This document shows positions 36,647 through 49,129 of a stretch of 64,000 nt of DNA, piece by piece. The translations under genes and the position numbers were made by a program. The stretch is from Octopus sinensis (lineage: Eukaryota). Where the stretch lies: positions 9,610,001-9,674,000 of the forward strand of contig NC_043025.1 of NCBI RefSeq assembly GCF_006345805.1, read 5' to 3'. The notes below the pieces were generated by a model that saw only the letters and a list, made by a program, of their open reading frames with translations, did not search any database and was not told the DNA's origin. Position 1 is the first letter of the stretch; every line of letters starts with the position of its first letter.

Positions 36647-36900
36647 TATATATATATATATATAACGGGAAGCATTATGAAAATAGACAAAAGACGAAGG
36701 CAGGTTTACGGAAATAAACAAAAGACGAAAGCAGGTGGAATACAAACAAACAATTGTATTAGTATGGCGCTCAGGAAATATAAATAAAACAAGTCTTTAA
36801 CGTTTCGAGCCTAAGCTCTTCAACAGAAAGATACACAGAGAAAAAAAACACAGAAAGAAGGAGAGAAAAAATATATGCGTGCAGAGGCTAGCGAATCAAC
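36170..36900. mobile_element. Cluster of three Penelope-like pLTR fragments in alternating orientation, each with a hammerhead-like motif
   Basis: Motifs at 36266-36301 (-), 36441-36475 (+) and 36794-36831 (-); a related copy lies at 13240-13380 (+). Confidence 0.65.
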
Positions 36901-37487
36901 ATGGCGATCTGATTTCGGCCAGAAGTCAAAGATCAAACGTGAGACGCAATATATATATATATATATTAAATACACTGCTTTATTATGAGTTTGCTAGTGT
37001 GAACAATACTTGCAAATAAAACACAGACTGGAGTTGTAGTGCTCCAAGTAAATTATATTCCACTCGATAATTCCAATGGGGGCAATGCAAGTGGAAACGA
37101 GAGGAACATATTTAATAATCACATTCGAAAATCAAATATATACATATATCCTTCTACATCTATAAGACGGATAGTAAAATTCCAAATTCATAAATATAAA
37201 AATACACATAAATAGATAATTATCGTTGTGATGCATAAAACACAATGAATTTACATTTAAAAGTTATAATACATTGGTGTAATAAAAATTTGAGATGATA
37301 AAACATTAAAAGGGAGTATTAAAATACCATGAAAATAATACTAAAATTTTTAAATTCTATCTATAGGCCGTTTCAAAGACATGCCAAGTAATGATATATT
37401 TCATATTTCTAAAACTGACACTCCCTTCATCAGGATGTTTTTCTGATTGTATAATTTCTGTATTTGTTCTTTGTATATTGATGAATG

Positions 37488-37540
<53 letters not shown>

Positions 37541-37550
37541 GTAGGTAGAT

Positions 37551-37585
<35 letters not shown>

Positions 37586-37734
37586 TAGATAAATAGATAG
37601 ATAGATATAGATAAATAAATAGATAGATAGATATAGATAAATAGATAGATAGATAGATATAGATAAATAGATAGATAGATAGATAGATAGACAGACAGAT
37701 AAATAGATTAGATAGATAGAGATAGATAGATAGT

Positions 37735-37770
<36 letters not shown>

Positions 37771-38030
37771 TATTAGATAGACAGACAGATAAATAGATTA
37801 GATAGATAGAGATAGATAGATAGTGATAGATAGATAGATAGATAGATAGATAGTGATAGATAGATAGATTAGATAGATAGACAGACAGATAAATAGATTA
37901 GATAGATAGAGATAGATAGATAGTGATAGATAGATAGATAGATAGATAGTGATAGATAGATAGATAGATTAGATAGATAGACAGACAGATAAATAGATTA
38001 GATAGATAGATAAATAGATAGATAGACAGG
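37488..38030. repeat. (GATA)n compound microsatellite, about 540 bp
   Basis: Direct reading. Confidence 0.95.
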
Positions 38031-38070
38031 CAGAAAAATAGACAGGAAGATAGATTGAAAAGGCTCTTAC

Positions 38071-38181
38071 CTGAAAGATATCAAATCGAACTAAACCAGG
38101 CGATGAAAGCTGAGTAAAATGTCCGACAGCGGCGCTCAGGAAGAGATTGGTGAAAAAGGTGGCCGTCATTGCTGCAAAGAC
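38071..38181 (-). CDS. CLCN7: CLC-7-like exon: VFAAMTATFFTNLFLSAAVGHFTQLSSPGLVRFDIFQ
   Basis: 111 nt, taacAG / GTAAGA, phase 0/0. LSSPGL motif matches CLC-7. Confidence 0.92.
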
Positions 38182-38601
38182 CTGTTAGATATAGGGCAGA
38201 ATGTCAGGTAGAAATAAACAGGAATGAAAGGTGTTCTCGGTCGTGTGTACGATGTACATGTACTGGCAGAGCATTGGTTGCACCGACAAGGGTTCCAGTC
38301 GATCCAATCAATGGAACAGCCTGCTCGTGAAATTTACATGCAAGTGGTTGAGTATTCCACAGACATCTCTCTTTTACTCTCTTTTACTTGTTTCAGTCAT
38401 TTGACTGCGGCCATGCTGGAGCACCGCCTTTAGTCCAGCAAATCGACCCTGGGACTTATTCTTTTTTGTAAGCCCAATACTTATTCTATCGGTCTCTTTT
38501 GCCGAACTGCTAAGTGACGGAGACGTAAACACACCAGCATCGGTTGTCAAGCAATGCTAGGGGGACAAACACAGACACACAAACATATACACACACATAC
38601 A

Positions 38602-38653
<52 letters not shown>

Positions 38654-39789
38654 CAAATATACGACAGGCTTCTTTCAGTTTCCGTCTACCAAATCCACTC
38701 ACAAGGCATTGGTCGGCCCGAGGCTATAGCAGAAAACACTTGCCCAAGATGCCACGCAGTGGGACTGAACCCAGAACCATGTGGTTGGTTAGCAAGCTAC
38801 TTACCACACAGCCACTCCTGCGTCTGTATACACTTAACACAGTTCTTAGAGATTAAGCGTGACACAGAGCGTGACAAGGCTGGCCCTTTTTGAATTACTG
38901 GTACTACTCATTTTTGCTAGCTGAGTGGACTGGAGCAACATGACATAAAGTGTCTTGCTCAAGGACGCAACGTGACACCAGGATTTGAACTCACAGCCTT
39001 AGGATTGTTAGCCAAGTACCCCTAACCACTAAGCCATGTGCCTTCTCTTAAACTGGCACTTCATCAGTTATGATGACAACGTTTCCAGTTGATCCAATCA
39101 ATGGAACGCCTGCCCATGAAATTAACATGCAAGTGGCTGAGTATACTACAGACATGTATACACTTAACACAGTTCTTAAAGAGATTCAGCATGACACAGA
39201 GCGTGACAAGGCTGGCCCTTTTTGAATTACTGGTACAACTCATTTTTGCCAGCTGAGTGGAATGGAGCAACGTGAAATAAAGGGTCTAACATCTCATTTC
39301 AACAGATATATTTACCAAAATTACAGAAAAATATTTTGAAATACTAAAGAGTATGTACGCAGGAGTGGCTGTGTGGTAAGTAGCTTGTTTACCAACCGCA
39401 TGGTTCCGGGTTCAGTCCCACTGCGTGGCACCTTGGGCAAGTGTCTTCTACTATAGCCCCGGGCCGACCAAAGCCTTGTGAGTGGATTTGGTAGACGGAA
39501 ACTGAAAGAAGCCTGTCGTATATATGTATATATATGTATATGTATGTGTGTGTTTGTGTGTCTGTGTTTGTCCCCTTAGCATTGCTCGACAACCGATGCT
39601 GGTGTGTTTACGTCCCCGTTACTTAGCGGTTCGGCAAAAAGAGACCGATAGAATAAGTACTGGGCTTACAAAGAATAAGTCCCGGGGTCGTTTGCTCGAC
39701 TAAAGGCGGTGCTCCAGCATGGCCGCAGACAAATGCCTGAAACAAGTAAAAGAGTAAAGAGAGTAAATTTATTCAATAAAATCGCCATT

Positions 39790-41480
39790 GGCTTCAACCA
39801 TGGCCTCCAAATGACTTCAGGAAATTCTGCAGCTCTTCTGGATGGTCTCCTTGTTTAAGTTGGTTAATACTGCCATAATCCTTGCCTTCAGTTCATCTTT
39901 GGGGTTACAAGGAGGTTTGTTGGTCTCTCACTCAACTGCACCCCACATATAATAATCAAGGATTATTGTAACAGGATCTGGTATTGGTATCACTGAAAGG
40001 GTGTCGATCCGATCCCGTCACATACAATTTAGTTAGATATAACAGACGAAGTCAGGTTATCGGTGAAAGACAGCAGTTTGTTTATTAATTGCGATGGTGT
40101 ACGTATATCTGATGGGAAAACGACAGCCGAATCTGTTGTACAGCTTCTCGTTCGTTGGCTGAAGTGGTTTGATGTCATCTGCGGCTAAGTCGGTGTAATT
40201 ATCAGAGTCTACCAATGCACGTCTGTTCACGAGGGCTGACGTCTGGGGAGTTAGGTGGCCAGATGTTTGGAGTGGTGTGCCATAATCCTTGCCTTCAGTT
40301 CATCTTTGGGGTTACAAGGAGGTTTGTTGGTCTCTCGCTCAATTGTACCCCACACATAATAATCAAGGGGGTTGCGGTCTGGGGAGTTAGGTGGCCAGAT
40401 GTTAGGAGTTATGTGGATGCAAAAATTGTCTGAGAGCTCACGACTGGATTCTCCAGCTTGTTTGACATGGTGTAGAGTCCTGTTGACAGACATACACTAC
40501 CGTCAGAAATTAATTAGCACCCTTGATTTGCTCACCATGAAGCATGGTGGGGGTGGTCTGATGGTGTGAGGGGCGTTCAGCTACAGTGGTGTTGGGCGGC
40601 TATATGCTGTCGAAGGCAACATCAACGCAGCAAAGTACGTTGAGATAGTACGGGATACCTCTTTGGTGGCGAGGAGTACGTGCTGGCCAGTCACCTGACC
40701 TGAACCCTATTGAGAACCTCTGGAGTCGATTGGGTAGGGATTTGAATGTGCAGCAATACAGGAACCGACACGAGCTGTTTGGGGAACTTCTTGCTGCATG
40801 AGGGGCCATCCCTGCACAGTACCTGCAGGCACACATAGACAGCATGCCGACCCGCGTAGCAGCTGTCATTGCTGCCAAAGGAAGCGCAACAAGATATTGA
40901 CTAAATTTCACGATTAATAACAATTATGTGGTGTGCTGGGATATGTTTTAATAAATTTTTGATTAAAAACGAGTTCGTTTCTGATAATAAGTTAATTAAA
41001 TTAAGAAAATGTAAGAAAATGTAGAAATTTGAGAAGTGCTAATTAATTTCCGACACAAGTCACCCTCTTTTACCTAGGGCAGCACTACCTCCTCCAGGCA
41101 CTTGATGTAGGCTCCGTGTTGAGTGTGAAACCATGTGGGAATATGAATGGAGGCATAATATCACCATCACACGTGATCACTCCAAACACCATGATGTTGA
41201 TTGTATGTTTGATTTTTATCCCTTTAAATACATGTCCGCAAATTACACTGTCCTCAGATTGACACCCAAACACTGAAACACTGATATTGGATCTTCTGTC
41301 ATGAATGCCAAGCAGTACAGCATATCGTTTTCAAATTTCTGGCGGAGTGAATTGCATCACGGTGCTGTTTTTCTCACAGATGGTGCCCGACTGACCCTAC
41401 TATACTGTGTAGTTGACAAAATAAGCAATGCACATGTGCAAAATTAAAGATATAAAATGGTGACAATTTACCCATCACAC
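39790..41480 (-). pseudogene. Fragments of a DD37D/maT-like transposase surrounding the Tc1 element
   Basis: IMVFGVITCDGDIMPPFIFP (41085-41273) and WPPNSPDRNPLDYYVWG (40251-40493); part duplicated at 39870-39960. Confidence 0.7.
40495..41060 (+). mobile_element. Internally deleted Tc1 element retaining both TIRs
   Basis: TA-CACTACCGTCAGAAATTAATTAGCAC / GTGCTAATTAATTTCCGACAC; MKHGGGGLMV*GAF and PDLNPIENLW motifs. Confidence 0.82.
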
Positions 41481-41927
41481 CCTGAATATATATATATATA
41501 TATATTTATATATATGGTGCAGGAGTGGCTGTGTGGTAAGTAGCTTGTTTACCAGCCACATGGTTCCGGGTTCAGTCCCACTGCGTGGCATCTTGGGCAT
41601 GTGTCTTCTACTATAGCCTCGGGCTTACCAAAGCCTTGTGAGTGGATTTGGTAGACGGAAACTGAAAGAAGCCCATCGTATATATGTATATATATATATA
41701 TGCGTGTGTGTGTTTGTCCCCCTAGCATTGCTTGACAACCGATGCTGGTTCGGCAAAAGAGACCGATAGAATAAGTACTGGGCTTACAAAAGAATAAGTC
41801 CCGGGGTCGAGTTGCTCGATTAAAGGCGGTGCTCCAGCATGGCCGCAGTCAAATGACTGAAACAAGTAAAAGAGTAAAAGAGTATATATATATATGTATA
41901 AGTGAAAAAACTATTGTAGTAACTCAC

Positions 41928-42086
41928 CACTCTCCAAGTAAGTTCATTGCTCCAAAAACTTGCCGCTTCTTCTACACTGAACAAGGTGCCACCAACTGGT
42001 GCACCGAATGCAGCCGAGACGCCTGCAGCTGCGCCACCAGATACCAGATCCCTGACTTCATGATCCGATCGTAATTCTTCAAATAA
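41928..42086 (-). CDS. CLCN7: CLC-7-like exon: [53 protein letters not shown]
   Basis: 159 nt, ctcacAG acceptor, GTGAGT donor, phase 0/0. Carries the CLC motifs [16 protein letters not shown] and FSxEE.SFW. Confidence 0.93.
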
Positions 42087-42420
42087 CTGTGAGAGAAGAA
42101 AGGGAAAAAATTGAAAATTATTTCAAGACAACATACATAAAGCATTATAAGAAGCAATGTGATGAAGTGGTCAATGGATAAGTAATAATAATAATGATAA
42201 TAATAATAACAATACCACAGATTTGCTTGTCAGTTGTTTGACCTTAACCAGTTGAGCATGTCCCTTAGTGGCTGACGATATGTGCATCTCCGATCACGAG
42301 CAGAAGTAGTGGGGCAGCATCATAGCCGTGTGATTAAAGGAATTCTTAGAGGTTTGGATAATTCACTTTTGGAAACATAGGTGGTTCGTTCAACATCCTT
42401 AAACAACCTTTATTCAGGGA

Positions 42421-42995
42421 TCCATGCCCTGATGCAGTACCAGGCAGTGGCTCTCATGGCTTCTGATCTTAACTGATTGGAAGTGTTATCATGTACATTG
42501 TTTTGTCTTGGTATAAAAGATGGGCTACAGCAAATATTCTGTTCAATGCCACAGATTTGCTTGTCAGTTGTTTGACCTTAACCAGTTGAGCATGTCCCTT
42601 AGTGGCTGACGATATGAGCATCTCTGATCATGAGCAGAAGTAGTGGGGGAGCATCATAGCCATGTGTTGAGAGGGATTCTTTGGGGTTTGAATAATTCAC
42701 CTCTGGAAACATGGGTGGTTCTTTCAACATCCTTAAACAACCCTTATTCGGGGACCGTTTGAGCGGGATGGGCTACTCAACCTGAAGAAAATTCTAACTG
42801 GACCCCACCTGCAAGGTCATGTGCTGTTTATCTTGATATGAGATCACCATGTCGCGCACATATGGTTGTGATGCATGTGCCTGGTGTGCCCTTATCAGAC
42901 GGGTAGTCATGATGGGTATATTGGGCTTCGTATATTTTACCCCAGTGTCACTTTGATGGCATGAACTGCTCTCTCACTCAATAATAATAATAATA
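42421..42995 (+). repeat. Unclassified approximately 570-bp interspersed repeat ending in (AAT)n; second full copy 44256-44850, truncated copies at 42210 and 44156
   Basis: Two near-identical copies share the start ATGCCCTGATGCAGT and the end CTCTCTCACTC(AAT)n. Confidence 0.75.
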
Positions 42996-42999
42996 ATAA

Positions 43000-43468
43000 T
43001 AAAGCAACCATACTCTGGGATATGCCGATACACACAGATTGAGAAGTTAAGGCCAACAGACCAGATATAGTTGTCAGAGATCATGAAGAAAAAAATGCTT
43101 TCTAATTGATGTATCAATACCGGCAGATGACAACGTGTCTCTAAAAGAAATGGAGAAACTCTCAAAATACAAAGACCTGGAAATAGAGGTAACCATAATG
43201 TGGAATCTAAAAACAGAAACAATTCCTATCATAGTAGGTGCATTAGGTATGATGAAAAAAAATTCAGACAAATACATAACAAAAACACCAGGACTTACAA
43301 ACACATATAACATACAGAAAATTGCACTACTAGGCACTGCACACATCCTACGCAGAGCACTTTCCATACAATAACCATTAGAGCATCACAACAAATCACA
43401 GCACATACCCAAGACACACAGAGCTGTGCTTGGTAGTGAAGTGAAAGCATGCTATAAAAATAAAACTA

Positions 43469-43472
<4 letters not shown>
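43000..43472 (+). mobile_element. Dong/R4-like non-LTR retrotransposon 3' fragment (restriction-like endonuclease)
   Basis: ILWDMPIHTD...ANRPDIVV...LIDVSIP...EKLSKYKDL...IIVGALG; bounded by (AAT)n on both sides. Confidence 0.85.
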
Positions 43473-43503
<31 letters not shown>

Positions 43504-43504
43504 T

Positions 43505-43950
43505 AAACGTATCTGTCAAGACCTACCAAAAACTGAGCAAATATAAAGATCTTGAAATAGAAATCAGCAAAATGTGGAACCTGAAGACTAAAATAATACC
43601 TGTTGTCATAGGTGTCCTGGGAATGATAGCAAAAGGGGCTGATTGCTACCTAACTCAGATACCAGGAAACCCAAAAATGGCCGAAATTCAAAAGATAGTG
43701 CTCATGGGAGCTGCTCATATCCTACGCAAAATACTTTCTATGTAATCTCAAGTTTTAAAACACACATAATTTTCCTTTTTTTTTTTTCTTTTTTGGACAT
43801 TCACTAGTACAACACCCAAAAAAACCCCAAATATATGGCACACTAGGCATAACAACAACATGAACTTCCAACCTGTTGTCTCTTGAGGTCTCTGGGTGAG
43901 ACTTGGAGCCAACTTGTACAAATATAAAGCAAAAGTCAAACATAAAATAA
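43505..43950 (+). mobile_element. Second Dong/R4-like 3' fragment (different subfamily)
   Basis: KLSKYKDLEIEISKMWNLKTKIIPVVIGVLG; different 3' UTR; ends in (AAT)n. Confidence 0.8.
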
Positions 43951-44817
43951 TAATAATAATAATAATAATAATCATAATAATGATTTCAAATTTTGGCACA
44001 AAGCCAGCTGTTTCAGGGTAGATTGACCCCAGTGTTCAACTAGTACTTATTTTATCAACCCCAAAAGGATGAAAGGCAAAGTTGACCTCAGCAGAATTTG
44101 AACTCAGAACGTAAAAACAAACGAAATGCTGCTTGGCATTTTCCCTGGCATGTTAAGGCAGTGGCTGTAATAGAAGTGTTATCATGTACATTGTTTTGTC
44201 TTGGTATAAAAGATGGGCTACAGCAAATATTCTGCTCAATACCACAGATTTGCTAATGCCCTGATGCAGTTCCAGGCAGTGGCTCTCATGGCTTCTGATC
44301 TTAACTGATTGGAAGTGTTATCATGTACATTGTTTTGTCATGGTATAAAAGATGGGCTACAGCAAATATTCTGCTCAATACCACAGATTTGCCTGTCAGT
44401 TGTTTGACCTTAACCAGTTGAGCATGTCCCTTAGTGGCTGACGATATGTGCATCTCTGATCACGAGCAGAAGTAGTGGGGGAGCATCATAGCCATGTGTT
44501 GAGAGGGATTTGTTGGGGTTCGAATAATTCACCTCTGGAAACATGGGTGTTTTGTTCAACACCCTTAAACAACCCTTATTCAGGGACCTTTTGAGTGGGA
44601 TGGGTTACTTGAACAGAAGAAAATTCTAACTGGGCCCCACCTGCAAGGTCATGCACTGTTTATCTTGATATGAGATCACCATGTCGCGCACACATGGTTG
44701 TGATGCATGTACTTAGTGTACCCTTATCAGATGGGTAGTCATGATGGGTATACTGGGCTTCGTATATTTTACCCCAGTGTCACTTTGATGGCATGCACTG
44801 CTCTCTCACTCAATAAC

Positions 44818-44850
<33 letters not shown>

Positions 44851-45164
44851 TGTCAGCACCCATTTTTATCAGAGGGTAGGCGCGGGCATGGCTGTGTGGT
44901 TAGGGAGCTTGCTTCCTAGCTACATGGTTTCGGGTTCAGTCCCACTGCGTGGCACTTTGCGTAGGTGTCTTCTGCTATAGCCCCGAGCCGACCGGAGCTT
45001 TGTGATTGAATTCGGCAGGCGGAAGTTACTGCCGTGTGTGTATATGTGCGTGTAGGTGCTTGTGCCTCTCCGAAAGAGAGAGGGGGGTGGGGCTTAGATG
45101 ATTGCACTGACACCAGTTCTCAACTGGCACATTTTTTTATCCACCCTGAAAAGCTGAAAGGCAA

Positions 45165-45600
45165 GCACAGGAGCAAGTATTGAGAACAAATTACATCAAG
45201 CACAGAACTGACCATTCCACACGATTTGACAAATGTGGAATGTGTGGTGAAACTGGAGGAAGGGTGTGGAATGTTTTAAAGGAATGCAGCAAATTGGTTT
45301 AGAGAGAATACGAATCATGGTATAACGATATTGCCAGAATGGTCCTCTGGAAAACTATGTCAAATATTTGGATTGGAGAAGGCAAGAAGAATAGGATGGC
45401 TATGAACAAAAGATGGCAAATCAAAGATCCTTTGGGACCTTTATGGTTTAATGTGATCTTAGAATGAAACATCAGGGACCCAATATTGTGCTGGCAAACA
45501 ATGGGTGATAATCATGCCTAAATATAAACATTGTTTGTCTTGGGGTCAGCAGAATTGCTGAAACAGAAGGAGAAAAACTGACAAGCTATGAAAACCTCCA
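45165..45600 (+). mobile_element. Degenerate R4/Dong-type fragment (CCHC knuckle to RLE)
   Basis: AQEQVLRTNYIKHR...KCGMCGE...ECSKL with stops and frameshifts. Confidence 0.65.
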
Positions 45601-46401
45601 CCAAGGCAACACCAATGTCCTCTCATTGATTAGCCTGAGATGATTTTTAAAATGAGAATATCTGAAATGAACTCAGCCACTCTCACAAATGAGAATACTA
45701 AATATGCGCCTATTTCTTTGTTATATTTAAAGTAATTGAAAGAAACACAGAGCATCTCAACAGAAATATGGTAACGAAAGGGTTAATGCACTTCAGTATG
45801 ATGCTGAATGTGACAGGGTTGTCACATTACAGGTAGAATTTTTTTTTTTAATTACAGGTAGAACTCATTTTTGCTAGCTGAAGTGAAATGAAGTGTCTTG
45901 CTCAAGGACACATATAGAACTTATTTTCGGTAGCTGAACTGAAATGAAGTCTCTTGCTTAAGGACACAATTTGATGCCGGGAATCAAATTCACTACTTTA
46001 CATAATTATAGAAAAGACAACACATTTCTCAAACACAAATGACACCTGTAAAATATCACAAAATGCATAATACCAATTCATAAATTAACACAAATGTTAT
46101 GCTACAAAGACATTCAAATTAACAGCATTTCTTACTGATAACAAGCTACAAGCATATAAACCTGAGAACAAGCTGCTAATGACGGGAGTGATTTACAATT
46201 TTGATTGCAAAAGTAGTAAACTTCAGGACTCCAACTGTTATAACGATTCACCATACACAAATATGAACTGTCACGTTGGTTCACCATGCATTTACAACAA
46301 GGAACAATTGTAATCATTATTAAATCTCAGAGCGAGATGTGATATGCACAGACCGGGTATTATTAAATCTCAGAGCGATATGTAAACAGTAACCGCTCGA
46401 C

Positions 46402-46751
46402 AATGTAAAGTATAAAAGCCATCTCAATATGCTAACCACAAAGTAGGGGTATTACTGTAGCTTTTTAGCCCCAGGAGATCATCGTCTCCAGCTGGCTTTA
46501 GACACCCTTTCAGTGCCCTTGAAGTATTTGCAAAGGGAGGCCATCCCTTCCTCGCAATAATCTCGAAACCGGTCCATGCGTATCACTCAGGCTTGCGAGG
46601 AAGGGATGGCCTCCCTTTGCAAATACTTCAAGGGCACTGAAAGGGTGTCTAAAGCCAGCTGGAGACGATGATCTCCTGGGGCTAAAAAGCTACAGTAACA
46701 CCCCCCCACTTTGTGGTTAGCCATATTGAGATGGCTTTTATACTTTACATT
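46402..46751. mobile_element. Foldback MITE with near-perfect arms of about 157 bp; shorter copy 14998-15200, fragments at 22390 and 63330
   Basis: AATGTAAAGTATAAAAGCCATCTC...CCTCGCAA pairs with TTGCGAGG...GAGATGGCTTTTATACTTTACATT; loop about 35 nt. Confidence 0.85.
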
Positions 46752-47219
46752 TATACTTAACAATTGTAATGTATTTGTTACACCAAAGAACAAAATGTAA
46801 ATTGCATAGGGGGAAAACGATAGTCGACAACACAACTATAGTCTACAGAATTCCACAAAATTTAGACAATTCATGATGAAAGCAACACTCATAGTACATA
46901 CAGCACAAAATAAACAACACAGACAACACAGACTAGGCACGAAAGAATTATAAACACCTGACCGATGGAGTGGGAGTTTAGCGGCCAAAATTCAAATTCC
47001 AGTGGTACTGTCTACAGCAATCCTATTGGCCCTGCCTACAATAAAGAGGCAGCAACACACGCCAACACCACATCATCCTGAAGATGAGTCTGAGACGGTC
47101 TAGAAATTTTGATAATAGATTAAATAATCTTGTTGTTCCAAACACATTATAAGTAATTAATATGAAAATAATGCAAATCCATGATTAAAAGGATAAGAAA
47201 AAACTAGAACATAGAGGAA

Positions 47220-48870
47220 TATTCAACAGAACATATAACATGTGTGTGTGAATATATGTTAGTATACATGTATATATGTGTATATAGTCGTGTGTGTGTA
47301 AGTGGGTGAATAAACGATGATGATGATGATATATGTGTATATATTCATGTGTGTGTAAGTGGGTGAATATATATAGATATACATGTATATATGTGTATAT
47401 ATTCATGTGTGTGTAAGTGGGTGAATATATATAAATATACATGTATATATATATGTATATGTTCATGTGTGTGTAAGTGGGTGAATATATATAGATATAC
47501 ATGTATATATGTGTATATATTCATGTGTGTGTAAGTGAGTGAATATATATAAATATACCTGCATCTATGTGTATATAGTTGTGTGTGTGAAATATATAAA
47601 TATGCATGTATATATGTGTATATATTCATGTGTGTGTAAGTGGGTGAATATATATAAATATACATGCATATATGTGTATATAATCGTGTGTGTGTAAGTG
47701 GGTGAATATATATAAATATACATGTATATATGTGTATATAATCGTGTGTGTGTGAATATATGTTAGTATACATGTATATATGTGTATATAGTCGTGTGTG
47801 TGTAAGTGGGTGAATAAACGATGATGATGATGATATATGTGTATATATTCATGTGTGTGTAAGTGGGTGAATATATATAGATATACATGTATATATGTGT
47901 ATATATTCATGTGTGTGTAAGTGGGTGAATATATATAAATATACATGTATATATATATGTATATGTTCATGTGTGTGTAAGTGGGTGAATATATATAGAT
48001 ATACATGTATATATGTGTATATATTCATGTGTGTGTAAGTGAGTGAATATATATAAATATACCTGCATCTATGTGTATATAGTTGTGTGTGTGAATATAT
48101 ATAAATATGCATGTATATATGTGTATATATTCATGTGTGTGTAAGTGGGTGAATATATATAAATATACATGCATATATGTGTATATAATCGTGTGTGTGT
48201 AAGTGGGTGAATATATATAAATATACATGCATATATGTGTATATAATCGTGTGTGTGTGAATATATATTAATATACATGCATATATGTGTATATATTCAT
48301 GTGTGTGTAAGTGTGTGAATATATATAAATATATATGTGTATATAGTCGTGTGTATGTGTGTGAATATATAGTAATATACATGTATACATGTGTATATAT
48401 TCATGTATGTAAGTGGGTGAATATATATAAATATACATGCATATATGTGTATATAGTTGTGTGTATGTGTGAACATATATTTATATGCATGTATATATGT
48501 GTATATATTCATGTGTGTGTAATTAGGTGAATATATATAAATATACATGCATATATGTGTATATAGTTGTGTGTATGTGTGTGAATATATATTAATATAT
48601 ATGTTTATGTGTATATAGTCGTGTGTGTGTAAGTGGGTGAATATATTAATATACATGTATATATGTGTATATAGTCGTGTGTGTCTGAATATATATTAGT
48701 ACACATGTATATATGTGTATATAATCGTGTGTGTGTGTGTGTGAATATATATTAATATACATGTATACATGTGTGTGTAAGTGAGTGAATATATATAAAT
48801 ATACATGTATACATGTGTAAGTGAGTGAATATATATAAATATACATGTATATATGTATATACATTCGTGT
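47220..48870. repeat. TA/TG-rich minisatellite (about 55-60 bp units) with a 504-bp higher-order duplication
   Basis: 47251 and 47755 begin identical blocks. Confidence 0.9.
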
Positions 48871-49129
48871 GTGTTGCAGCCAGTTTTTTTTTAACTGAGA
48901 AGCTGTAAAACACTGTTGTCTTCCCTTAATTTATCTCCTTTCCCCTTTTCCCTTAAGAGGGGCTCTGTATGAATCGTTGGATTTTCCACAGCAACTTCAC
49001 TACAATTTTTTATCAGTTTCACTACTTAATAAAAGTCTTGCCAATGCAAACCCACACCAGCCTCTTTGGTATCTGTTAGATCATAAGTATGTATGTGTAT
49101 GTGTATATATGTATACATGAACATCGAAA

